IMG/VR virus record: IMGVR_UViG_3300025879_000023 | Coordinates: 1 to 61,886 of that record | Reading direction: 5' to 3' (one strand) | Origin: a virus | Taxonomy: Duplodnaviria > Caudoviricetes | DNA: 61,886 bases | Notes under the pieces: model-generated | The model's database searches: none | What the model was told of the DNA's origin: nothing | What the model saw: only the letters and a program-made list of their open reading frames with translations | Shown: positions 28,420-34,851 of the stretch, in pieces | Layout of the letters: the number at the start of each line of letters is the position of its first letter | Numbering within the stretch: the first letter of the stretch is position 1 | Translations under genes and position numbers: made by a program

Positions 28420-28469
28420 GTAAACATATTGGTTTACTTTTATACATATATGTAAACACATTAGTTTAC
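28420..28469. promoter_or_regulatory. Tandem palindromic operators GTAAAC-N6-GTTTAC x2
   Basis: Copies at 28420-28437 and 28452-28469, 32-bp period, essentially intergenic. Confidence 0.6.
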
Positions 28470-28633
28470 TCGTCAAAAAATTCCTCTACTGCATCTGTAC
28501 CCCATTCTGCTGCTAAGGTTATTTTTCTTAAAAGTTCTACGTACTCTGTAAAGTCTATATCTGAATGGTCTACTTCTACCGAGTACTTATACTCGTACTG
28601 TTCTATTGTTATTCTGTAAGGTTGTTTTTTCAT
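28466..28633 (-). CDS. Hypothetical protein (MKKQPYRITIEQYEYKYSVEV...)
   Basis: 55 aa, hand-translated; ATGA overlap with the upstream gene. Confidence 0.6.
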   Translation of the reverse strand: MKKQPYRITIEQYEYKYSVEVDHSDIDFTEYVELLRKITLAAEWGTDAVEEFFDE

Positions 28634-29139
28634 ATCATTTTTACAATTGCGTCAAGACGTGTGTATAGCATATCAAGCTTTTCTTCGTCCACTGAATTAA
28701 TTAACTCTATGAATTCCTCTGTTTTATTTTTAGGTTCTATTTTTTGTTTCTTTAAAATATCTATCTCAAGATTTTGTTTAAATACTTTTGTTCTTAGCCT
28801 TTTGTTTTGCTCTGCTAAGTTTTTAATATTTAACATATTGGAGTCGGCATCTTCTAGGTTTTTATTTTCTACATTAACAGAAAATGAATCATATACAACT
28901 TTAAGAGGTTCTGAATACATAACAGCTTCATCAAATAGTTTTAAGCCGTGTAATACTGTTGCGTGATCTCTACCTACTAATTTACCAATTGACGTTAAAG
29001 ATTGTACTGTGTATCTTTTAGCAAGCTTATAGTATACAGCTCTTGCATAAGCCATATCTCTGGTTCTTGTTTTCTTTTTTAAACTAACTTTAATGTTAGC
29101 TTCAATATAATCTCTTATAGTTTCTAATTGTACTGTCAT
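28630..29139 (-). CDS. DnaA C-terminal (domain IV)-like DNA-binding protein with coiled coil
   Basis: R.RD...ARAVYY.LAK.YT..SL..IGK..GRDHATVLHG. Confidence 0.85.
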   Translation of the reverse strand: MTVQLETIRDYIEANIKVSLKKKTRTRDMAYARAVYYKLAKRYTVQSLTSIGKLVGRDHATVLHGLKLFDEAVMYSEPLKVVYDSFSVNVENKNLEDADSNMLNIKNLAEQNKRLRTKVFKQNLEIDILKKQKIEPKNKTEEFIELINSVDEEKLDMLYTRLDAIVKMI

Positions 29140-29144
29140 AATAT

Positions 29145-29345
29145 TTAATATAGTTGTTCAAAATCTATTATTGCATCTTGAGGAAAGTCTTTTAGTATTT
29201 TACTAGTGATGTCATCGATAACATGGTCAGCCAGTCTTGTATTGATCAGATACTCATGACGACCATAGCTATCAATTACTATAAGCTTACCCAATGTGAT
29301 CAAACTTATAATTCCACTTAATATACTTATTAAAGAATCTACCAA
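29145..29345 (-). CDS. Hypothetical protein (start uncertain)
   Basis: ORF fills the gap between the KTSC and DnaA-like genes. Confidence 0.45.
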   Translation of the reverse strand: MVDSLISILSGIISLITLGKLIVIDSYGRHEYLINTRLADHVIDDITSKILKDFPQDAIIDFEQLY

Positions 29346-29511
29346 TTGATTCAGAATGTTTCATTGCATAAAATATTTCAGTAGACACATTTTCAAATTG
29401 GTATACTCTTCTGTTTGCAAACTTAACAGTTAGCAGCTTAGCTTCAAAGTCATATGACATTGTTAAAATTGCACTTGAATTTACTTGTAGTTTTTCTTTA
29501 GTTACTTTCAT
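29287..29511 (-). CDS. KTSC domain protein
   Basis: V.SSAI..MSYD....LLTV.F....YQF.NV...F.AM..S.SIGRFFN.YIK. Confidence 0.85.
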   Translation of the reverse strand: MKVTKEKLQVNSSAILTMSYDFEAKLLTVKFANRRVYQFENVSTEIFYAMKHSESIGRFFNKYIKWNYKFDHIG

Positions 29512-29780
29512 AATTGGTTTCTTTTGGTTTTTAATTTTTGTATTTTTTTCTGTATTAATAATGCTTCAGTGTATTCTTCTTTAGCAACATGCTCACGCTC
29601 AATATCTTGCAACTCATCTATTTGAAAAGTAATAAATTCGTATTCGGTAATTTCATACCTATCGCCATGCTCATCAACTGCATAAAATCTTTCTGGTTCT
29701 TCTTGTGCTTTTTTACTACCAAGATCAAATATTTTCTCCGCTATTAGCGTTGATAAGCGTTGCATTTCTGACTCTGTCAT
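29508..29780 (-). CDS. Hypothetical protein with UVR-like C-terminal hairpin
   Basis: V.KEEY.EA..IQ.KI.KL motif. Confidence 0.6.
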   Translation of the reverse strand: MTESEMQRLSTLIAEKIFDLGSKKAQEEPERFYAVDEHGDRYEITEYEFITFQIDELQDIEREHVAKEEYTEALLIQKKIQKLKTKRNQL

Positions 29781-29973
29781 CTGTAATTAATTTTAAAATG
29801 TGTTTATATATTTCTACTTCTTGCTTGTGTTGCTTAATTTGATTGCGTTTTACAGCAGGGCTTTCGTCAATACCCATCCATTGCCAGTCGTCAGCTTCAG
29901 CTTGTTGCCATTTGTGTATAGCATTTTGCAGCTTAGCATTAATTTTGTTGTGTGCTTTTTCTCTTATATCCAT
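29725..29973 (-). CDS. Hypothetical protein
   Basis: 82 aa ORF in the early block. Confidence 0.6.
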   Translation of the reverse strand: MDIREKAHNKINAKLQNAIHKWQQAEADDWQWMGIDESPAVKRNQIKQHKQEVEIYKHILKLITDDRVRNATLINANSGENI

Positions 29974-30077
29974 TCTCTATCTATTTGAGTTTCTAAATCA
30001 GTTATACGTTCGTGCATTGATGCTAAGATACGAATTAATTGTTCGTTACTTGCATTTAATTTTAATATTTCTTCCAT
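29964..30077 (-). CDS. Hypothetical small protein (MEEILKLNASNEQLIRIL...)
   Basis: 37 aa, hand-translated; A-rich leader. Confidence 0.45.
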   Translation of the reverse strand: MEEILKLNASNEQLIRILASMHERITDLETQIDREWI

Positions 30078-30101
30078 AAATTTTATATTTTTTGTGTAAA
30101 G

Positions 30102-30224
30102 CTATTTGTATTTTAAATATAGTATATAGTTTAGTACAGCCCATGCAATTAAAAATAATGCTTTAGCTAGCTTCTCTATTACTGCAGCAAGTTTGTTGCT
30201 AGGTGTTATGAGTTGTTTATTCAT
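30102..30224 (-). CDS. Small membrane protein (MNKQLITPSNKLAAVIEKLAKALFLIAWAVLNY...)
   Basis: 40 aa, directly behind promoter copy 1. Confidence 0.55.
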   Translation of the reverse strand: MNKQLITPSNKLAAVIEKLAKALFLIAWAVLNYILYLKYK

Positions 30225-30230
30225 ACAATT

Positions 30231-30257
30231 ATATTATCAATTAGTATTCGTGCTAAG
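30231..30257 (-). promoter_or_regulatory. Early promoter motif copy 1 (degenerate)
   Basis: Minus strand CTTAGCACGA-N7-TTGATAATAT. Confidence 0.7.
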
Positions 30258-30258
30258 T

Positions 30259-30447
30259 TTATTTTTTAAACGAACTTTGTTTTACTAATTTATTTTTAAA
30301 TCTTGATTTGCCTTTAGTTTCAATAGACAACCATTCGTCGTCAGTTAATGGTTTACACTCACCAAGACCAGCTAATTTTTTGATACGTGCATAAGCTGCT
30401 TGCTTGCGTTGTTCTTCTTTGTATTGTAAAAATTCTTCTTTGGTCAT
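30259..30447 (-). CDS. Hypothetical basic protein (MTKEEFLQYKEEQRKQ...)
   Basis: ATG at 30447 lies just after the upstream stop. Confidence 0.6.
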   Translation of the reverse strand: MTKEEFLQYKEEQRKQAAYARIKKLAGLGECKPLTDDEWLSIETKGKSRFKNKLVKQSSFKK

Positions 30448-30449
30448 GA

Positions 30450-30797
30450 TTAAAAAGTATGTGCCATGTGATTTCTTATGTAAAGTTCCTTGTATAATTG
30501 TTCCCATCTGATGCTGTCGTCGTCTAGTCCGCAAGCATTAAGTATGTATTGATCAACATATATATTAGAACCTAAGTCTATAGCAGATTCGATTTCATCT
30601 TGAAGCATATAAGCATCAATATATATATCTCTATCAGTTATTACATTACCCCATTTACCTTGATCCATAGCTACATAAATATCGTAGCCATCTGCTGTTT
30701 GTATTGATTCAAATGTAACATCATAATCCGTTCCTTTGTGTTCAGTGTCAAGTATTGCTCCTGACTTTTCAATTACTAAATTTTTGTAGTGTGACAT
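30450..30797 (-). CDS. Hypothetical acidic protein
   Basis: Track ORF 30450-30806; probable start 30797. Confidence 0.65.
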   Translation of the reverse strand: MSHYKNLVIEKSGAILDTEHKGTDYDVTFESIQTADGYDIYVAMDQGKWGNVITDRDIYIDAYMLQDEIESAIDLGSNIYVDQYILNACGLDDDSIRWEQLYKELYIRNHMAHTF

Positions 30798-30799
30798 AA

Positions 30800-30988
30800 T
30801 TACCATGTTTTAGTTAAGTGTGTGTTATAATATTGTTTTAATGTTTTATTAAATATTTGTATTGCTTCGTCGTCTGTTTCTTTAATTATATTTTTTGTGT
30901 ATAGCATTTCAAGTAGTTGCTCGCTTACAAAGTCACAAGTAAGTTCGTATAGATCGCTAGATAGTTCTTGATATTCTGGCTTTGTCAT
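30800..30988 (-). CDS. Hypothetical protein
   Basis: 62 aa, coupled to its neighbours. Confidence 0.6.
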   Translation of the reverse strand: MTKPEYQELSSDLYELTCDFVSEQLLEMLYTKNIIKETDDEAIQIFNKTLKQYYNTHLTKTW

Positions 30989-31287
30989 TATTGTGCGATT
31001 AAGTTATTAGCTGCATACTCTTCAAATGATGGTCCGTGATCGTAGAAGTTTTGATAGATTGCATTGTAAGCTGCTTCTTCATAGCTTCGAGGTCTGCCAA
31101 ACAAATCGTCTTCTTGAAATACATCGTAGTTTAATTCGTCAACTGCATCTTTGCAATCTTTAGTGTAGATACACATATTGTCAACAACCTCGTGTATAGC
31201 AGCGTAGTAGTCGTCTAGATCTTGAATAGTATAATCTTTTAAGTCTAATAAAATTCGTTCAGTGTAAAGTCTTTCAAAGTGTGTCAT
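30988..31287 (-). CDS. Acidic early protein, possible Ocr-like DNA mimic
   Basis: 99 aa Asp/Glu-rich; DDYYAAIHEVVDN.CIY..D recalls T7 Ocr (DAIHMAADNAVPHYYAD). Confidence 0.5.
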   Translation of the reverse strand: MTHFERLYTERILLDLKDYTIQDLDDYYAAIHEVVDNMCIYTKDCKDAVDELNYDVFQEDDLFGRPRSYEEAAYNAIYQNFYDHGPSFEEYAANNLIAQ

Positions 31288-31314
31288 AGTTATATGTTTT
31301 TAGTTGTTACATTT

Positions 31315-31341
31315 ATATTATCAATTGTTGTTCGTGTTAAG
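31315..31341 (-). promoter_or_regulatory. Early promoter motif copy 2
   Basis: Minus strand CTTAACACGA-N7-TTGATAATAT. Confidence 0.75.
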
Positions 31342-31345
31342 CTTA

Positions 31346-31951
31346 TTAGTGGTATATTAATCCTACTTTGTTTGTTGTATTAAACCATTTGGTTGCGTTT
31401 AAATCATTCTCAGAAGCATTTGCGTATCCTGCTGCAGTTAGTTCATCTTTACTTTTAAAAATTTCTGTGTGACGATCAATTGTGCGATCAATCATATGTT
31501 TTTGTTTGCCCGAGTTACTATAGATAACATCAAAATTGTCAGGTAGTATTGTGTTTTTAAACATCTCAACCATATTCGTGTAGCTATAGAATTTAACATC
31601 TGGATTTTGTACTGCAATCTTTAACCACTTGTCAAGATATGCCCTAGAATAATAGTCGCCCGAGTCGTGTATGCGGACAAAGTCTGCTTTCTTCTTTTTT
31701 ATTTCATCATTCATTTTTGAAATGAATTCTGTTGTTTTAGTTAATTCATACCTCTTTTCAAATGCCGGTTTAACGTTCGACCATATATATGCACCTTTCT
31801 TAGCATAACAAAACTTAACACATTCAAGAGCCATCGGACAAGTTAATTTACCACTTGCAGATTTGTATGCAGGGATCCCAAAGTTAAATACCCGCTTGTT
31901 AAGTAATGTACTTGTTTTTTTTAGTTTAGAGTTTTGTGTAAGTAAATTCAT
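31346..31951 (-). CDS. Gp88-like (radical-SAM-related) protein
   Basis: N.KLKKT, TCPMA.EC.KFCYA, VRIHDSGDY and FYSYT. Confidence 0.75.
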   Translation of the reverse strand: MNLLTQNSKLKKTSTLLNKRVFNFGIPAYKSASGKLTCPMALECVKFCYAKKGAYIWSNVKPAFEKRYELTKTTEFISKMNDEIKKKKADFVRIHDSGDYYSRAYLDKWLKIAVQNPDVKFYSYTNMVEMFKNTILPDNFDVIYSNSGKQKHMIDRTIDRHTEIFKSKDELTAAGYANASENDLNATKWFNTTNKVGLIYH

Positions 31952-31977
31952 TTTAGTTTGTTTTAGTTGTTACATAT

Positions 31978-32005
31978 ATATTATCAATGCTCTACCGTGT
32001 TAACC
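31978..32005 (-). promoter_or_regulatory. Early promoter motif copy 3
   Basis: Minus strand GGTTAACACGG-N7-TTGATAATAT. Confidence 0.8.
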
Positions 32006-32008
32006 TTG

Positions 32009-32197
32009 TTAAAGCTTTAAATCTTTATTTATTTTTCTAATTTCTTTTTTCATTTCAATAATCAATTCTTTTAATACATATTTGTATTCAATCTTCAACG
32101 CAGCAAAATCTTCAAAATATAAATGCTTTCCTAAACTTGGTTTTGTTACCGCCGCGTGTATAGCATGCTCCCGTACCTTATCTTTATATAAACTCAT
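32009..32197 (-). CDS. Hypothetical protein
   Basis: ATGA overlap start at 32197. Confidence 0.6.
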   Translation of the reverse strand: MSLYKDKVREHAIHAAVTKPSLGKHLYFEDFAALKIEYKYVLKELIIEMKKEIRKINKDLKL

Positions 32198-32376
32198 GAC
32201 CATACTCTTATTAGATATTTTAATGTGTATTCTTCATCTTGTCTTGCAGTAAATTTCTTTGCTTCATCATATGCAGCATGTATATCCTCAGCATAAAAAC
32301 TATACTCAATTAGTTGTCTATTGTCTTGGACAGCTTGGAACTCTGTTCTATATAAGCCTAAGTTATTGTCTTCCAT
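32194..32376 (-). CDS. Hypothetical protein
   Basis: 60 aa; A-rich leader. Confidence 0.6.
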   Translation of the reverse strand: MEDNNLGLYRTEFQAVQDNRQLIEYSFYAEDIHAAYDEAKKFTARQDEEYTLKYLIRVWS

Positions 32377-32497
32377 AATTATATAAGTTTTATTTATATT
32401 GTTGTAAAGGTTGTTAATTATTTGTTAGAATTAAAAGTAATGGTGTTATAATGAAGAGTCTCGTACTCTGTCGCATTATTTCTTCGTGTGAAAAACA

Positions 32498-32541
32498 GCG
32501 ACATTAGCCTGTTAATTATTATAGTAGTAGGCTAACGTCCC
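32498..32541. repeat. 44-bp inverted-repeat site, copy B
   Basis: GCGACATTAGCCT-GTTAATTATTATAGTAGT-AGGCTAACGTCCC, intergenic. Confidence 0.85.
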
Positions 32542-32552
32542 ACTTTTTTTAG

Positions 32553-32771
32553 TTATAATTCTGCACTTTCAAAACAGTCGTATGCGTCAGTTACTTGTTT
32601 TATTTTGAATGCTGTTTTAAGATCTAGCAAGACGCTAAGTGTTAAGTCGCCTACAAATTTTTGCGTGGTGAGGTTGTGTTCAAGACGTTCACCGAGTGCC
32701 GGGTATTCTTTTTTGAATAAGATTAGTCTTGTTTGATATTGCGGTTGTAGTCTTTGGTTTAGTGTTTTCAT
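32553..32771 (-). CDS. Hypothetical early protein
   Basis: 72 aa behind promoter copy 4. Confidence 0.7.
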   Translation of the reverse strand: MKTLNQRLQPQYQTRLILFKKEYPALGERLEHNLTTQKFVGDLTLSVLLDLKTAFKIKQVTDAYDCFESAEL

Positions 32772-32794
32772 GTGTGTGTTTTTTAGTTACGTAT

Positions 32795-32822
32795 ATATTA
32801 TCAAATGTGTTTCGTGTCAACC
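32795..32822 (-). promoter_or_regulatory. Early promoter motif copy 4
   Basis: Minus strand GGTTGACACGA-N7-TTGATAATAT. Confidence 0.85.
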
Positions 32823-32826
32823 TTAT

Positions 32827-33003
32827 TTAAAAGTAGTCTTGGCGTATAAAGTTATTTATTATGTTATGTATAGCATCTTGATTGGTTCTTGTGTTGTGCA
32901 CATATCTTTCATCTTGTTTCCAATTCTTCAAGTTGTTTTCACCTTGCCACTTAGCATAGATCTCGTGAGCGATTTGTTGTAGTGTAGTTTCTTGTGTAGT
33001 CAT
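32827..33003 (-). CDS. Hypothetical early protein (MTTQETTLQQIAHEIYAKW...)
   Basis: 58 aa, hand-translated; exactly fills the space between promoter copies 5 and 4. Confidence 0.65.
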   Translation of the reverse strand: MTTQETTLQQIAHEIYAKWQGENNLKNWKQDERYVHNTRTNQDAIHNIINNFIRQDYF

Positions 33004-33027
33004 AGTTATATTATTTAATGTTCATAT

Positions 33028-33055
33028 TTATTATCAATTTAGTCTCGTGTCAACC
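33028..33055 (-). promoter_or_regulatory. Early promoter motif copy 5
   Basis: Minus strand GGTTGACACGA-N7-TTGATAATAA. Confidence 0.85.
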
Positions 33056-33220
33056 TTATTTATATTCATTGTCTAAGGATCCATGGATATAAGACTCTTC
33101 AATAGCACTTTGTATTTTAGCTAAGCACATTTTTTCTGAGATGGTTTGTTTATTTATGTAGCAATCCATTATTGAAGTGATGAGGTCTAGTGTTGCTTCG
33201 TTTGTTTTAGCTTCGTTCAT
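33056..33220 (-). CDS. Hypothetical early protein (MNEAKTNEATLDLITSIMDCY...)
   Basis: 54 aa, hand-translated; stop abuts promoter copy 5. Confidence 0.6.
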   Translation of the reverse strand: MNEAKTNEATLDLITSIMDCYINKQTISEKMCLAKIQSAIEESYIHGSLDNEYK

Positions 33221-33231
33221 AGTTGTATTTT

Positions 33232-33339
33232 TTAATTGTTAAAATCTTCATATACTTCTTGTACCCATTCTTTTTCATTAGGACCTAGTTGGTTGTAGTC
33301 CATACCAAATTCGTCGTTTGCAATTCCATTGTAAGTCAT
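33232..33339 (-). CDS. Small acidic early protein (MTYNGIANDEFGMDYNQLGPNEKEWVQEVYEDFNN)
   Basis: 35 aa, hand-translated; behind promoter copy 6. Confidence 0.6.
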   Translation of the reverse strand: MTYNGIANDEFGMDYNQLGPNEKEWVQEVYEDFNN

Positions 33340-33362
33340 AGTTATATTTTTTAGTTACATAT

Positions 33363-33390
33363 ATATTATCAATAGTCCTTCGTGTTAACC
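33363..33390 (-). promoter_or_regulatory. Early promoter motif copy 6
   Basis: Minus strand GGTTAACACGA-N7-TTGATAATAT. Confidence 0.85.
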
Positions 33391-33408
33391 TTTTTTATGT
33401 ATAGCATT

Positions 33409-33630
33409 TTATTTACAATACTTTTCTTCGTAGGCCATTAAATATTCTACTTGTTCTTTAAGATTTTTAAATTGTTTTTTTACTTGGTAGATTAATGGAG
33501 CTTGGTGGTAAGGGTTGTCTTGATTTGTTTTAAACCTTATGTATCTAGTTGTTGGGTATATTGCAGCCCATTTGCCATTTGCTAATGTGAAATAAAGATT
33601 TCCTTTTTTAGTTACTTTTATTAGTTCCAT
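33409..33630 (-). CDS. Hypothetical early protein
   Basis: 73 aa behind promoter copy 7. Confidence 0.7.
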   Translation of the reverse strand: MELIKVTKKGNLYFTLANGKWAAIYPTTRYIRFKTNQDNPYHQAPLIYQVKKQFKNLKEQVEYLMAYEEKYCK

Positions 33631-33653
33631 AATTATATTTTTTAGTTACATTT

Positions 33654-33681
33654 ATATTATCAATTTACTCTCGTGTCAACC
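33654..33681 (-). promoter_or_regulatory. Early promoter motif copy 7
   Basis: Minus strand GGTTGACACGA-N7-TTGATAATAT. Confidence 0.85.
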
Positions 33682-33864
33682 TTATCTTTTTAGTAAACTA
33701 TCTAAGAATAAAGCTATTCCATTCTCATAGTCTTGCATTGCTTTAGACTCTTCGCATGTGTAGATTGGTTTGTGTGTCATAGCTCTTGTTTCTACTCCAT
33801 TTTTAGTGTAGTCGATCCATGTGTAATTAGACTTAGGGCTTGTGTGAATTTTGTAAGGAATCAT
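33682..33864 (-). CDS. Hypothetical early protein (MIPYKIHTSPKSNYTWIDY...)
   Basis: ATG at 33864 follows the ATATAACT leader; stop abuts promoter copy 7. Confidence 0.7.
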   Translation of the reverse strand: MIPYKIHTSPKSNYTWIDYTKNGVETRAMTHKPIYTCEESKAMQDYENGIALFLDSLLKR

Positions 33865-33887
33865 AGTTATATATTTTATATTCATAT

Positions 33888-33915
33888 ATATTATCAAAGT
33901 GAACTCGTGTCAACT
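33888..33915 (-). promoter_or_regulatory. Early promoter motif copy 8
   Basis: Minus strand AGTTGACACGA-N7-TTGATAATAT. Confidence 0.85.
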
Positions 33916-33973
33916 CTTTTTTTATTTAGACTAAGTAATATTTAATTATTATTATTATTTTTTACTTACATAT

Positions 33974-34001
33974 ATATTATCAAATAGCACTCGTGTCAAC
34001 C
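33974..34001 (-). promoter_or_regulatory. Early promoter motif copy 9 (no ORF behind it)
   Basis: Minus strand GGTTGACACGA-N7-TTGATAATAT. Confidence 0.85.
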
Positions 34002-34483
34002 CTTTTAAAAATGCCCAAGGAAATGCTCAGTAATACACGTGAGGTGTCCTCAACGTAGCAAAGCTAAACGCAAAGTAAAACGTAAGTGTCAATGTAAACA
34101 TAGTATGGCGCCATAGAATATCCCAAACGTACACGAAAATCCCGCGGAAAGGTCAAACATAAACGCCAAAACGTCAGAAAAGCGGGGGACCCGGTCAAAA
34201 CAAAATCAAAAAGGTTTTTAGTGCAGCGTTGTAAAATATAGGTGTAATACCATACCTCAATATTTGCAACAATTTTTTTTCCATTCAGTGCTTTTATATA
34301 AAAAAAGGTGAATTTTTTTTAAAAAATTTCAAAAAACGCTACGCGTATTATATAAGGTACGGTGTAAAAGTGCGACGTTAGGGTGTTAATATAAATAGTA
34401 GGGGGCTAATGTCACCTTTTGGCATTTGATTGTAAAAATTGGGTCCTATGTGTAAGTATATATAGTATACAAATTACTTAAAA
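34002..34483. other. Divergent non-coding region: probable genome end/packaging site and/or origin
   Basis: About 480 bp without an ORF between the divergent blocks, with phased A-tracts, GC-rich patches and site copy C. Confidence 0.5.
34372..34415. repeat. 44-bp inverted-repeat site, copy C
   Basis: GCGACGTTAGGGT-GTTAATATAAATAGTAGG-GGGCTAATGTCAC. Confidence 0.85.
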
Positions 34484-34579
34484 ATGGCTATTAACTTAGG
34501 ATCTGACAACATTACGGATATTTATCTAGATGGAGAGCTTGTTACGGCTATTTATATAGGGGAAGAACAGGTATTATAG
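34484..34579 (+). CDS. 31-aa tail-fibre-associated peptide (MAINLGSDNITDIYLDGELVTAIYIGEEQVL)
   Basis: Hand-translated; resembles the KLGSDSVDKIYFNSDLIW motif of 39928-40170. Confidence 0.55.
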   Translation: MAINLGSDNITDIYLDGELVTAIYIGEEQVL

Positions 34580-34581
34580 GC

Positions 34582-34845
34582 ATGGCTAAGCAAAAACTAT
34601 CACCTGAAGCTGCAATAGCTAAGGCAAAGAGGGATTTACGCTATGCAAATAGTAGGGATCGCGAAATAAAAAGAGCAGATGCTCAAAAAAAGCGAAGAGC
34701 AGCAAAAAACTCTGGAAGAAGCATCGACGGAAAAGACTATGATCACAATACAGAGCGTTTTGTGTCGGCTAGTTACAACAGGGGAGGCACACAGAAAGGT
34801 GGTACCGATGGTACAAAGGCAGAAAAGAAATCAAGAAAGAAATAA
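34582..34845 (+). CDS. Small basic degenerate HNH-like protein
   Basis: GKDYDH...VSASYNRG motif. Confidence 0.55.
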   Translation: MAKQKLSPEAAIAKAKRDLRYANSRDREIKRADAQKKRRAAKNSGRSIDGKDYDHNTERFVSASYNRGGTQKGGTDGTKAEKKSRKK

Positions 34846-34851
34846 TATAAG

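Noticed and set aside
30231-34001. Repeat array as a CRISPR array or integron attC cassettes
   Set aside because: Spacing is irregular and gene-sized, the repeats are bipartite and non-palindromic, and no cas or integrase gene is present.
27955-34415. 44-bp sites as lox/dif-type recombination sites
   Set aside because: The 18-bp core is too long for tyrosine recombinases (6-8 bp) and no recombinase is seen; origin or operator fits better.
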